A DNA stretch of 64,000 nucleotides from Squalus acanthias (lineage: Eukaryota). The DNA lies in NCBI GenBank assembly GCA_030390025.1, contig CM059432.1, forward strand, positions 78,680,001-78,744,000. The letters are read 5' to 3'. A program made the translations under genes and the position numbers. Shown here in pieces: positions 13,120 to 25,395 of this stretch (position 1 is its first letter; each line of letters begins with the position of its first letter). The notes beneath the pieces are model-generated. The model did not search any database. It had not been told where the DNA came from and worked only from the letters and a program-made list of their open reading frames with translations.

Positions 13120-13218
13120 AAATAACAACAGAAAATGCTGGAAACACTCAGCAGGCCAGGCAGCATCCGTGGAGAGAGAAACAGAGTTAACGTTTCAGGT
13201 CGGAGAACCTTCGTCAGA
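13120..13218 (-). mobile_element. Penelope-like pseudo-LTR 3' fragment
   Basis: 13-bp TSD ACCTACACTTCTT (13107-13119, 13219-13231); homologous remnant at 39766; contains a hammerhead core. Confidence 0.75.
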
Positions 13219-13221
13219 ACC
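13185..13221 (-). ncRNA. Minimal type I hammerhead ribozyme motif
   Basis: Minus strand GGTT-CTGACGA-AGGT tctccg ACCT-GAAA-CG-TT-AACT: core boxes, stems I and II, palindromic loopless stem III (ACGT). Confidence 0.7.
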
Positions 13222-13559
13222 TACACTTCTTGTCTGGGGTGATTTGTTTTGATTTGTTTTTTCTGCTGTATATGTTGGAGGGTGAACCAGAATCTTGTAA
13301 CTGCAGGAAGAGAGGGTGGCTCTTCTTTTTGAGGGGAGCACTGGAAGTTATGCTCATGGAAGTGATGCAAAAGAGGGCTGCCATTTTAAGCTGCAAGGAG
13401 CACCCACCTTAAACAGCATGCAACAGGAAGTGGTGGCGGAGTGGGTGAATACAGTGTCAGCAGATGTTATCTCTTTACAGTGTTCTGCTATGACATCACA
13501 CACACACACTTTCACCTCAACCAGCCACATACTCATATGGGATATTTCTATTATTCTAT

Positions 13560-13630
13560 TAGCCATGATCTAATAGAATGGCAGAATAGGCTCCCAGGGG
13601 TTAATGGCCTACTCCTGTTCCTATGTTCCT
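13560..13630 (+). mobile_element. CR1 3' UTR/tail fragment
   Basis: AGCCATGATCTAATAGAATGGC..TGGCCTACTCCTGTTCCTATGTTCCT matches the CR1 3' ends at 55590-55666. Confidence 0.7.
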
Positions 13631-14452
13631 TATCCCAACAGCACCCTTTGGTCTCTTTAATACAAAGACAAGGCAGCACATATTCATGTAGGGCACTCCT
13701 TTCACCTTCCCAGGAAACCTCTCACTGTTGGTATATAAGGCTATTAAAGGATCTCCCAACACCCACTTGCACGCTGCATGTTTTTGCACTCCAGTTTTAG
13801 TCGCCATCTCAATCTAGATACATTTTATGTTGCAGTTATGGAGCTTTCAATAACTTGGGCAACACTATCTCCAGTATAGCTGAGTGGTGAATTGGCAATC
13901 CCACACAACCTTACAGATTGGTGTTTGCAAGGTATGGATCAGAGAATGGGAGCTACATGTTGTAGCATCCTCTCCAACCCTGTTCACTGTGAATGCAGAT
14001 CCCAGCTGGAATCATCGGATTGTAGCACCATCGCTATAATCGAATGCAGGATTTACACGGTGCTGACATTACCAACAGGGCACTAAAAGATTAATGAAGC
14101 CGATTACTGGGGGGTAGATCCAATTAATTTAAGTAACTCTGCATATTCAAGTTTAACATTTATGGGCTGAAATTCCACTGGGTGAGGGCGGGGGAGGGGG
14201 GGGACAGTGGTGGTGCAGAGGCAGGGAGGAGACCTCCTGGGGATTTTCAAGGTCCCTCATTAATGTAAAGGTTGTGCAATCCCAGCACAGAATGGACCAA
14301 GCACTAGGAACATGGAGGCCAGTAGCAGAGTGAACTCTTGGTCAGGAGATGCAACAATGTTTACTAACAGGTATATATGGGTAGGCCAGCTGCTTACCTC
14401 TCTCCAATCAACTTTCCAGACTGGAGTCACACTCACAATGCAAAGAAAGTAA

Positions 14453-14738
14453 AGCCCCGATTTTAATCCAGCCCACCTGGTATGAACAGTGTGGGTGGGG
14501 ATTAAACTGGTGGCCGGGTGGAAGCCGCTGCGTTCTCTCCCACAACCAGCAGCTCTTTGGAGACCCCCCGACCAGCACTAACCTTATTCCAGGTTCCCTT
14601 GTATCCTCATTGGGTTCGGCCTCCCGCCCAATTTCCCGCTCCCGCCCGCTGGCTCTGACATCATTTCTGCTGTCTTCCAGGAGTTAAAATGGCCTAGGTT
14701 TCCTGCCGCCAAACCCACCCCAGGGTAAAATCGAGGCT
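14453..14738. mobile_element. Harbinger-type MITE
   Basis: TIR AGCCCCGATTTTA / TAAAATCGAGGCT; canonical TAA TSD on both sides. Confidence 0.75.
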
Positions 14739-15461
14739 TAAGTCTAGGGAGAGTAATAAGGAACTACCCTCATTCTGTATTCAAATTCAAATATATTTTT
14801 GGAAAATGCTCCAAGAGACTTCAATTCTTTACCTCCAACAGAGAAAGATCAGGTGGAGGCTGACTGCTGCTAGACCAGTTTGATGACATCACTGGCACAG
14901 AGGTGTCCAGCGGGCTTCATTCATGCAATAGTGATTATCACTTTGGACCAACCAGATTCTTCAGAAACTAGCCAGTAGGAGTTGCACAACAGCTGCATTC
15001 TCTCCATTGCTCCGTTATTGTGGCACAGCTGAGATCAGTAAATCATTGCGTGAACGACTGCAAGCGCAAACCCACATCTGCCATTCCATGACAAGCATGT
15101 TACAATCTCAATACCTTCCCACTGTATAACAATCCTTTTTTCTGTTAAATCATAAAATATGAGTAGGAGAGAAACATGGAAACAAAGGGCTGGATTTTAA
15201 GTTGCCAATGCTCTGGGAGCGGGGCGGGGGCGGTCCGGTAGCGCGGGGGAAACCCAGAAGTAAGTGCAGCACATCTATCAAAGGCTTTTTAACCCAGCCA
15301 CTGTATTACCATATCATTTCCAGGTTTCCCGACCAATTAGGTTGAGCGAGTGTGATGATGGCCGGCATGAGTCGATTTCAACTCCAGTATTTAAAGGGAC
15401 ACTCCAAACATGAAATTTGATGGATTCTAGAGTTGGGAGTAGAACACAACGAATTGACAGA

Positions 15462-17539
15462 ATGACGTGCACACGTTCAAAGGCTGAGCCTCGTTTTGGT
15501 GACATCTCCCTGGATGTGATGCTGGGGACTGTAAGGGCCCGCAGGGAGATACTGTTCTCTACTGATGGGAGGAAGAAGCCTGCCAGAGAAAGCAAGAAGA
15601 CATGGCTGGAGTTTGCCGATGAGGTCAGCAGCAGAAGTGTGGTGCTGTGCTCGTGGATTCAATGCCGAAAGTGGTTTAATGACCTAAGCAGGGCAGGAAA
15701 GGTGACAGCAGTGGCACATTCAGCTACATCCTGATGTGTGTATCATGCCAACCCCCTCACTCTGCCTTCTCAAGCCTACTCCAGCACATCACTCCTCGCA
15801 TCCACTTACCTTGCAGGTGCACCCATCCCTCTCTGTCTATGCACTTCCTCACATCCCCATCTGTCCATCCACCACTGACACTCACCCTCATCTTTTCGCA
15901 ATGTAATGCATCTCCCTCATAATCACCTTCAACAAATGTTCTCCATCCATCCATTCAACACAAGCCATTCCTGTCACTCATAGGTCTCTTCTTTCCCTCC
16001 ATGTAGGAGAAGAGAGCACGGAACATGAGGGAGCGGCAGAGAACCGGAGGTGGTGCTCCAGCCCTCTCGCAACTGACAGTTGCAGAGGAGGAGGCGCTGG
16101 ATATCAGTGGAGTCTCAGCTTGCTTGGCCATCAGAGATGGGGGCCTCCCAGCTACCTGGTGACAGAAGTAAATATTAGACAGCCACATGGCAGATAACAC
16201 TCAGTCATGTTGAGCGAGTGAAATATGATCATGTGCATAATGATCACTTGACAGTTCTAATTCATGTCTTTAATCTCCCACAGGGCCTTGAAGAGTCCCG
16301 CAGGAGGTGGTCCAAGAGGACAATGAAGATTTCTCAGAGGAGGTCACTCACTCTGAGGGTGCACCGTCACAGGACTCATGCAGACCATGCATCAGCTCAG
16401 ATACTTACACTTCGGTGGGACCAGTAAGGAAGATAGTTGGGTTTTCACCTGGTGACTCACACATCACAAGTGAGCAAGAGCAGATGGTGGAGACACGGAC
16501 AGCAGTGGAGAGTCCGCGTCGGAGGCCGCAGGGCGCTCCAAGCTCTGCTCAGTTGGACGCAGATGCTGAACCTCGGGGGGTCGCTGACAAAGAGGATACT
16601 TCTGGAGCAGCAGCAAAGAATGTGAAAGAAAGAAAGACTTCATTTATATAGCGCCTTTCACGACCACCGGACGTCTCAAAGCACTTTACAGTCAATGAAG
16701 TACTTTTGTACTGTTGTAATGTGGGAAACGCGGCAGCCAATTTCCGCACTGCAAGGTCCCACAAACAGCAATGTGATAATGACCAGATCATTTGTTTTTG
16801 TTATGTTGGTTGAGGGATAAATATTGGCCAGGACATCGGGGATAACTCCCCTGCTCTTCTTCGAAATAGTGCCATGGGATCTTTTATGTCCACCTGAGAG
16901 AGCAGACGGGGCCTCGATTGTGCAATGTACTGGTAGGCTTTCCAGCCAGTACATGCTTGCAGAGAGATTGGAGGAGTCCATCTCGAGCATGAGTGGCATG
17001 ATGCCGCAGGCCTTTGCGTCCATGGAAAGAGTGGCCACCTGCATGAAGCATCAAACATCGCAATCAAACAAGTGCATGCAGGTCCTCACCAAGTGCTTTC
17101 ACACTATGAATGCCACCTTAAAGAGGATTCATGAAACCCTAGCCTTGGCCATTCATCGCCCCAATGATCTGCACCAAAGCGGTCTCCAGCTCATTGCTAG
17201 CAGGGAATTGTGGGTGGGCCATGAGAGGGAGGATGGTGAAAGGGGACATGGAAGTGGGGACTCAGCTCAAAGCGCTTCCACTTCTCACCCGTTGCCACCC
17301 CACCACAGTCAGTACCGCACATGCCCCCTTGTGTCCCGATGGCCAAGTCTGCCCCTGCACAGATGCAGGTGGAGCAATCTTTTGAGGGGCCCTCACGGGC
17401 TCCAAAACCCAGAGGACGTTGGCCAAGAGCATCTGAGCAGTCACAGCAGGGATCTGAGCAGCCTGCCTTGACCTCTGCTGAAGCTACAGGGGTTGCACCA
17501 CGTAGAAGTGCTAGAAAGAGGAAGAGTAAAGATTTGTAG
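15462..17539 (+). pseudogene. Three-exon Harbinger Myb/SANT-like gene (exons ~15462-15701, 16007-16158, 16284-17539), disrupted by a SINE and frameshifts
   Basis: PRFGDISLDVML..TWLEFADEVS..QCRKWFNDL..GK|GT; AG|EKRARNMRERQRTGGG; C-terminal RRSARKRKSKDL*. Confidence 0.85.
16625..16916 (-). mobile_element. DeuSINE (SacSINE1-like), 5'-truncated, in Myb exon 3
   Basis: Deu domain (reverse of CTCAGGTGGACATAAAAGATCCCATGGCACTATTTCGAAGAAGAGCAGG) plus L2-like tail; homologous to 27540-28004. Confidence 0.85.
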
Positions 17540-17625
17540 TTGCACATGGGTATGTACATAGGTGTGTTACACAATATTAGATTGTTAAGTTTCTGTTTTA
17601 CTTTTGAACCACATAAATATTATTT

Positions 17626-18023
17626 GGGCTGGATTTTCATTGACCCGTGGAGGCGGGTTTGGAGGCGTGTGGGGGGTTAAAATTGCAAAAACTGGCAGGC
17701 GGGCACAAGTCCGCCTCCATCCCGCCTCCACACAATTTTCATTAAATCGTGTCTGCTGGTCCCGACTCCGTCCCACCTCTAAGAGGCGGGATGGGCTGTT
17801 AAGGCTCTTAACAAGCACTAAATTGGCTCTATAATGCAATTTTGAAAGGCCTTTGTGATTTTAACCCTTGTTCTCCGTGAAGCACGCCTGTTCTGAACCA
17901 TGATTGTGAAACCTGGCGGGAGCACATTTGGATAGCTGACTATCAGTGGCTGGGCTGACTATCAGTGACTGGGGCTGGCAGGCATCTGGGATGGCATATC
18001 TGGGAGTGGTGGTGCAAAAAAAA

Positions 18024-18069
<46 letters not shown>

Positions 18070-18368
18070 GCCTCTCTCTCGCCTCTCTCTCTCTCCTCTC
18101 TCTCTCCTCTCTCTCTCTCTCTCTGCTCATTTTGCATCCAGGTCCTCTCACAGCAAAGGCCAGGCAGTCTCTGACCTTCAATGCAGCACCAATGATGACA
18201 ACTTTCAGACTGAAACCACTAATTGGTTCATGGGTTCCCACATGCTGGAACTCAATTGCCCAATTAGGTGAAGATTGCATCAATCTCCCACATCCAATTG
18301 CAGTCGGGTGGATAACACGAAAAGCGGATGACACGACCCCAACCTGCCCCAGTATCAAAATCCAGCCC
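17626..18368. mobile_element. Non-autonomous Harbinger element, inverted sister of 7232-7877
   Basis: Same 12-bp TIRs, colinear body; no clean TSD. Confidence 0.88.
18029..18124. repeat. Imperfect (CT)n microsatellite
   Basis: ~95 bp CT run; absent from the sister copy at 7232-7877. Confidence 0.95.
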
Positions 18369-18648
18369 TACGTTTCTACCACTTTCCCATGTTTCCCATT
18401 TTGGTTGCTGCCTAGCAAGTGGCCTTTTCAGTTGTGATGAATGGTAAGACAAGAATTGACGTTGAGCAATGGGGGGCTGCGAAAGGGATACTTGGTTGTT
18501 TGCATGACTGCTTTGTGTTGGGGGAAGGGGGCGCAAAAGTGGCTTTTGCATGTGGCTGTCAGATAGGTGGACTGGTGTTTGTTCTTTTCTCCCCTCCCCC
18601 CTTTCCCTGCCTCTGAATTTGCTGAAAACATGTTATCATAGAATCATA

Positions 18649-20092
18649 GGGGGCGATTTTCTGAGGCTTGAGGAGGCGGGTTTGGAGGCAGGAAAGGCGG
18701 AAAAATCAGAAAAAATGAGTGCAGGTTCAGAACCCGCCTCCAACCCGCCTCCGCGGGATTTTGCTGGTGCCGGTTTTGCAGGGCAGGAAACGGTCCCACC
18801 TCCAGCTGGCCAGAGAGCTTGTTAAGAGGCTTAAATGCTTGTTAAGGGCCTCTCTAAGCCTATTTGAGAGGCCCTCGTGATTTTTCGACCATTTTGGCGT
18901 GTTCCACGACCCAGCTAAACCTGGCGGGTTGACAAGTGAGTGATCTCCTCACAGCTGCAGCTCAAACATTAAATTGGAGATTTCGTCAGGGATTAGTTGC
19001 AGGTGGCAGAACTTTGCTTTAAAAAGTCTTTAAGCACTTTTAGCAGGCCTTCCGAAGTCGGAGGTGCTGCAGCTTGAATCTATCAACTGTGGGACCTCTT
19101 TAGAAGTTCCTCTCCCCGCTTGCAATGAGCGCTTTCCCAACGGAGGCATCTGCAAGCAGCATGGGAACCATTCATTTTCTTTCACCATGGACCTCAGATG
19201 AGGAGGAGGAGGAGGAGGATGAGGAGGCTGGGGAGGAGGAGGATCTGGAGGAGGAGCAGAAGGAGGAGCAGGAGCAGGAGCAGGAGGAGGTCAGAGCGCC
19301 GGTGCATCGACCAGCAGCAGCACGCGAGCACATGGCTGCCCGAGATGCAAGGGATGAACTTACCCTGGCCAGATTTGCATAGGTTACCCAAGTTGGCACA
19401 TGTCCTTGGCTCCATCTTAAGACATCATTGAAAATGGACATGACTCTCTGGCCTCCTTTCACTCTGGCCACCAACCTGACAACGCAAGTGTCGCGGAGCC
19501 CGCAATGTGGAGCTGCCTAAGGCAAAAGAACAGATGCCATAACGCCAACATTTTGGCATCAAATCATTTTAATGTTTTCCAACAGAGATGGCATTTCATC
19601 AATACACATAAACATTCACCCAATCTGCACACAGATCTGGAGGTTATATCCCTTGCCAGCTGGACCCACACAGCCTTGGTTTCTTTGGGAGGCCTCTTCC
19701 TCCAAGATGAGTGGAAGAGCACCTCCCTGCTAGCTGTCACCCCCTCAACCAACATTTGCAGCACCTCATCCGAGAACCTCGGGAGGCCCTTGCCTTGGAA
19801 ATGGACATAGTGGTTTCTCAGAATATGTTGCAGGTGGTGCAACATCAGCAGAAATCCAGTGGAATGATCCAAGGCAGCAAGCAGCCCTAAAATCAGGCTG
19901 GAAAAGTGATGTCAGCAGAGGCGAGTTTCAGTCCCAAAACACTAATTGACCAAGGGCATCCCACACCTCTCAAATCAACTGGTCAATTAGGGGAAAATCG
20001 CAATTTTTTGAAAACTATCAGTGGAGGCGGGTTTCAAACCCACCCAAACCGAAACCCACCTCCATCTCGCCTCCAGTGGGAAAATCGCCCCC
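18649..20092 (+). mobile_element. Internally deleted Harbinger, same family as 3557-6402
   Basis: Perfect TIR GGGGGCGATTTT / AAAATCGCCCCC, TSD ATA; transposase core deleted; Myb exon 1 remnant ~19620-19808 on -. Confidence 0.93.
19161..19382 (+). pseudogene. In-frame N/C-terminal fusion remnant of Harbinger transposase (73-aa acidic ORF)
   Basis: [13 protein letters not shown] joined to EEEE..AAAREHMAARDARDELTLARFA*, i.e. both ends of the 4083-5281 protein. Confidence 0.8.
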
Positions 20093-20593
20093 ATAGAAAT
20101 TTACGGCACAGATGGAGGCCATTCGACCCATCATGTCTGCATGGCTGACAAAGAGCTATCCAGCCTAATCCCACTTTCCAGCTCTTGGCCCGTAGCCTTG
20201 TAGGTTACGGCAGTTCAAGTGCATATCCAAGTACTTTTTAAATGTGATGAGGGTTTCTGTCTCTACCACCCTTTCAGGCAGTGAGTTCCAGACCCCCACC
20301 ACCCTCTGGGTGAAAAAAGTTCTCCTTAACTCCCCTCTAATTCTTCTACCAATTACTTAAATCTATGCCCCCTGGTTATTGACCTCTCTGCTAAGGGAAA
20401 TAGGTCCTTCCTATCCATTCCATCTGGGCCCCTCATAATTTTATACACCTCAATCAAGTCTCCCCTCAGCTTCCTCTGTTCCAAAGAAAACAACCCCAGC
20501 CTATCCAATCTTTCCTCATAGCTAAAATTTTCCATTCTTGGCAACATCCTCATAAATCTCCTCTGTACCCTCTCTAGTGCAATCACATCTTTC

Positions 20594-21098
20594 ACCTGTC
20601 TTATGCATTTGTGGGTCGCCGACTGCGAGATCCTGCAAATGTCTCCGGCAGAGCCCTGGAAGGAGCCAGAGGCAAAGAAGTTGAAGGCGGAGGTGATTTT
20701 GACAACCACTGGCCACCGGGTCCACTTGGCAGCAGGTCGTCTTCCAGTAGGCTGCAAATATCTGCCATCACCTGAAGTGAGACCCTGAGCCTCCTGAGAC
20801 CCTGGTGTTCCGACATGTCCAGGAAGCTTATCCTCTGCCTGTACACCCTGTGTTGCAGGTATGGCCTCCTGCAAGCTGCATCTCTCTGCTCATTCCCTCT
20901 TTCCTTTGGAACGGCAGGTCTGTGAGGAGCAGGCTATTGCTGCTCCTGCTGGTGCTGCAGGTGCTGCTCCTGCTGCCGGTGATCCTGCTGGTGCTCTTCC
21001 TGCTGCTCCTGCTCCTGCTCCTGCTGTTGCTGTTGATGCTGCTGGTCATCTTGGTCCTCATCTGAGGTCCAAAGTAAAACAGCATAAGTGGCGCCCAC
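20594..21098 (-). pseudogene. N-terminal HARBI1-like transposase fragment truncated by a CR1
   Basis: GATYAVLLWTSDED poly[43 protein letters not shown]; start codon mutated to GTG; frameshifts. Confidence 0.88.
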
Positions 21099-22109
21099 GC
21101 TGATCTGATAGATCACAGCTCCAAAGTGGAGATCAGATGTGTAAACCTCCAAAGTTGTGAAAGTAACCTCCAAAGTTGTGGAAGTAACCTCTCAGCACAA
21201 GTACTGTGATCAAAGCCTTTCACACAATCAGGCAAGAAAGCAGCTGTGAGGTTTCAGTACTTTTTGGCATATTTCCCTGTCATGGCTTTAGCCCCCTCAA
21301 TTGCTGTTGTGTTCTCGCCTTGCTTTCACTGGTGAGTTCCAGGAAGCCCAGGAAACCCGTGCATCCACAGTTAAATTCCAAAAGCCATATTAATATCACT
21401 GTAATTGAGCGATTAACATATTGAAATTGCCAACCCGCCAACCTGGATTCCCGAAGCACTGTCAATTTCCGCACTTTTAACCACCCACCCGCACGCAAAC
21501 CCATGCTCTCCTGCAAGTTAAAATTCACCCCAAAGTGATGAAATGTTAGCGTACCCAGTTACTTAAATAGAATGACATAGAATATACAGCACAGAAACAG
21601 GCCATTCGGCCCAACTAGTCTGTACTGGTGTTTATACTCTACACGAGTTTTCTCCCGTTCTATCTACCTCATCTCAGCCTTTCAGCATATCTTTCTATTC
21701 CCTTTTCGCTCATGTACTCGTCCAGTTTCCTTTTGAGCATCTAAGCTATTTGCCTCAACCATTTCCTGTGGTAGTGATTTCCACATTCTAGCCACACTCT
21801 GAGTAAAGAAATTTCTCCTTATTCCCCTATTGGATTTATTAGCAACTATCTTGTATTTATGGCCGCTGGTTTTGGATGCTTTTAATGATTTGTTCACCTG
21901 TATCCCTAGATCCCTTTGCTCTTCTACCCCATTCAGTTTCTTATTTTCTAAGGTGTAGGTGATGTTTCTATTTTTCCTACCAAAGTGCATCACCTCACAT
22001 TTATCTATGTTAAAGTTAATTTGCCACTCAACTTCCAATCTGCAAGTTTTCTAATGTCTTCTTGTATTATGTTGCATTCTTCCTCAGTGTTAGCAAATTT
22101 TGAAATTTT

Positions 22110-24935
22110 TATTTTTCCTACCAAAGTGGATAACCTTGCATTTTCCCACATTATACTCCATCTGCCAGATTCCTGCCCACTCACTTAGCCTATCTATATC
22201 CCTTTGGAGATTCTTTGCATCCTCCACACAATTTGCTTTCCCACCTATCTTTGTATCAACAGCAAATTTGGCTACATTACACTCAGTCCCTTCATCCAAG
22301 TTATTAATATAGATTGTAAATAGTTGAGGCCCCAGCACTGATCCCTGCGGCACCCCACTAGTTACAGCCTGCCAACCTGAAAATGATCCATTTATCCCGA
22401 CTCTCTGTTCCTGTTAGTTAGCCAATCCTCTATCCATGCTAATATATTACCCCCAATCCCATGAGCTCTTATCTTGTGCAGTAACCTTTTATGTGGCACC
22501 TTATCGAATGCCTTCTGGAAATCCAAATACACGACATCTACTGGTTCCCCTTTATCTGAAGGGATAATTACTAGTCCTAGCCCCTTTAGGGCTACCCCGG
22601 ATCAGGCGTATTCCCCAGACGTTCACTTTCAACTAAAGTTTGAGGTAGCCGAATCCTAAAAACGCTTAATTGGGTCTAAAGGTCCAGACTATCTCTTCCT
22701 AAAGGAAAGGAACAACCTGAAGATGTTACCATCCTCCAGATAGCACTTTTAATAAGTTTAGCTAGACTGTAACGTTCCGGATATTATGAGGGTCCGGAAA
22801 ACTCCCTCAGAATTCTGCAACTCCTCACCAAAGAGCGTACAGAGATTGAGTTCGCGAGTTTGATACAGAAGTATTATGTGAGACAATTCTAAAAATATAT
22901 AGATTTATTAAAGAACCGACATGTAATTACAATTGGTGATTCAATCGCAACATTAACAGTTCCAAAAGCAGAAATCTTACAATTATATTATCAGAGATCC
23001 TTATTCTCAAATCTTAACTTCGTTACATTTTTACAGTTCTAAGTCTTTATTCCAGGATATCCACCAAAATCAAATACAGTACAATACCTTGATCCCCGAG
23101 GTACAAAGAGTTGTAGACTTACAGAGCTTGGCTCTGAAGCCTGAGAATCGCTTTGCCCCTTTACAGCGAATCTATCATCCCATTTGAAAGTTCAATATTT
23201 ATATCCTTTTTCAGTGGTATGTCCTTTGAAGTTTTCTGCTGATGTAAGCTAATTATCTCTATAGTCATTTTTCTGCTGACCCCTGCTATTCTTACAGTCA
23301 GTTCAGCTGGTAGCATTAAGAATCATGTCTCTACCTTTAGGTGTTCGAAGCTTATCATAAAAATGGTGTGACAGCAGATGCATCTATTTGATGTCATTCT
23401 TACCAAGGTCTTCTGTTTATGTCTTTTTATGACGTGTAAATTAAAAACACCTCAACCGGGTGCACCATTATCTTCTTAGTTACCTCAGCTGGTTGCAACA
23501 CAGAATCGTGTCTCCTGTGTTTTATTTGATGTCATTTTTACGAAGGCATATGTTTCTTAATTTTCTGTGTTTCTTTCCAAAGTGTAATTTAGGACACCTT
23601 AACGGGGTGTACCATTGTGTTCTTTCCAAGGCTTCAGACCTCAGGAGCTTCCAACCTCCTGTTTCAATAAGGTTATTGATTCAGTGTCAACAACTTATCT
23701 TATCTCAATAGCCTGTATGCTGTTTACAGCTTCTCCATTGTTAGGTTTTTAGATTTTCAAGCCCAGTTTGTCATGTTACAATAAGGCCAGAATTATTTCA
23801 TAGAATGGTGTATTTTTCTGATTATGGCTTATTCATTCACATATCCACCCTGCTCATTACATCCTCAAAGAACTCCAGCAAATTTGTCAAACATAATTTT
23901 CCTTTCATAAAACCATACTGATGCTGCTTGACTATATTATGATTTTCTAAATGTCCTGCTACCACTTCCTTTATGATGGACTCCAGCATTTTCCCAATGA
24001 CAGATGTTAGGCTAACTGGTCGATAGTTGCTTGGTTTCTGTCTCCTTCCTTTCTTAAATAGGGGCGTTACATTTGCAGTGTCCAGTCCGCTGGGACCTCT
24101 CCAGAGTCCAGGGAATTTTGGTAGATTACAACCAATGCATCCATTATCTCTGCAGCCACCTCTTTTAAGACTCTAGGATGCAGGCCATCGGGTCCAGGGG
24201 ACTTGTCCACCTTTAGTCCCATTAGTTTGCCTAGTACTTTCTCGCTAGTGATAGTGATTGTTTTAAGTTCCCCCCACCCCAATTGCTCCTTGATTATCCA
24301 TTATTGGGATGCTTTTAGTGTCTTCTACCATGAAGACCGATACAAAATATTTGTTCAAAGTCTCCGCCATTTCCCTGTTTCCCATTATTAATTCCCCAGA
24401 CTCTTCCTCTAGGGGACCAATTTTTACTTTAGCTACTCTCTTCCTTTTTATATACCTGTAGAAGCTCTTACTATCTGTTTGTATATTTCTTGCTAGCTTA
24501 CTCTCATAAGCTATCTTCTCTCTCTTTATCATTTTTTTAGTCGTCCTTTGCTGGTTTTTAAAAATTTCCCAATCCTCTGGCCTTCCACTATTCTTCGCAA
24601 CATTGTATGCTTTTGTTTTCAATTTGATGCCATCCTTTACTTCCTTAGTTAGCCACGGATGGTTCATCCTTCTCGTAGTCTTTCTTTCTCTCTGGAATAT
24701 ATCTTTGCTGAGAGTTATGAAATATCTCCTTAAATGTTTGCCACTGCTTTTCTACAGTCTTACCCTGTAATATATTTCCCAGTCCACTTTAACCAAGTCT
24801 GCCCTCATACCTTTGTAATTGCCTTTAATTAAGTTCAGGACACTAGTTTGAGATCTAGCTTTCTCACCCTCAAACTGAATTTGAAATTCCATCATGCTAT
24901 GATCACTCTTCCCATGAGGATCCTTCACTTCGAGA
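22110..24935 (-). mobile_element. CR1 LINE ORF2 fragment split by a solo LTR
   Basis: PQGSVLGPQLFTIYIN..FAVDTK; KSPGPDGLHPRVLKE; HPWLTKEVK. Confidence 0.85.
22557..23841 (-). mobile_element. Solo LTR, 1,285 bp (retroviral or Gypsy type)
   Basis: TG..CA termini; 4-bp TSD TATC (22553-22556, 23842-23845); removal restores CR1 CCCCTTTATCCACCCTGC; on - strand TATAAA (23203-23198) and AATAAA (23051-23046, 22909-22904). Confidence 0.82.
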
Positions 24936-25269
24936 TATGGTGAATAAGAGTGGTCCTGGCATTGATCCTTGTGGAGCACCGCATTTACCTTCCTCCAATC
25001 TGAATAAATACCCCTACTCTCTGCTTTCTATTTGCTATCTATTCAGCTATTTGCCTCCTGACTCCACATGCACTAACCTTTGTCATGAGCCTTATCAAAG
25101 GCCTTTTGAAAATCCAAGTATATGACACCTACTACATTACCTTTGTCTACTCTTTCCATTACCTCTTCAAAGAATTCTATCAAGTTAGTTAAGCATGCCT
25201 TGGCCTTTTAGAATCCATGCTGACTATTTTTATTATATTTTCTATCTCTAGCTGCTCTTCTATCACTTT

Positions 25270-25395
25270 TACATTACATTCCTACGTTACAGCAGTGACT
25301 ACACTTCAAAAAGTACTTCATTGGTTGTAAAGCGTTTTGGGACGTCTGGTGGTCGTGAAAGGTGCTATATAAATGCAAGTCTTTCTTTCTTTTTC
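25270..25395 (+). mobile_element. DeuSINE/L2-type 3' tail fragment inside a CR1
   Basis: GTGACTACACTTCAAAAAGTACTTCATTGG..CTATATAAATGCAAGTCTTTCTTTC, as at 27900-28004. Confidence 0.8.

Larger units (their letters stand above)
18634..20593 (-). mobile_element. 5'-truncated CR1 LINE (tail interrupted by the 18649-20092 element)
   Basis: [35 protein letters not shown]; (ATCATAGA)n tail; homologous to 57529-58050. Confidence 0.88.
15187..21531. mobile_element. Harbinger transposon (Myb gene on +, transposase on -) with several nested insertions
   Basis: TIR GGGCTGGATTTTAAGTTGC vs reverse complement GGGGTGAATTTTAACTTGC (16/19), TSD AAA; convergent gene pair. Confidence 0.8.

Noticed and set aside
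13300..13500. Faint Myb-like remnant
   Set aside because: Too degraded to support; no TIR or TSD found.
17861..18437. RE-rich and LS-rich ORFs
   Set aside because: Translations of the (CT)n microsatellite inside a MITE.
20353..20874. 173-aa ORF that looks like a transposase-RT fusion protein
   Set aside because: Chance in-frame junction ([16 protein letters not shown]) of a 5'-truncated CR1 with a broken transposase; neither catalytic core is present.
21140..21192. Short direct repeats (also 31470-31535) as a CRISPR-like array
   Set aside because: Only 2-3 adjacent units with no spacers, in eukaryotic transposon DNA; slippage duplications.
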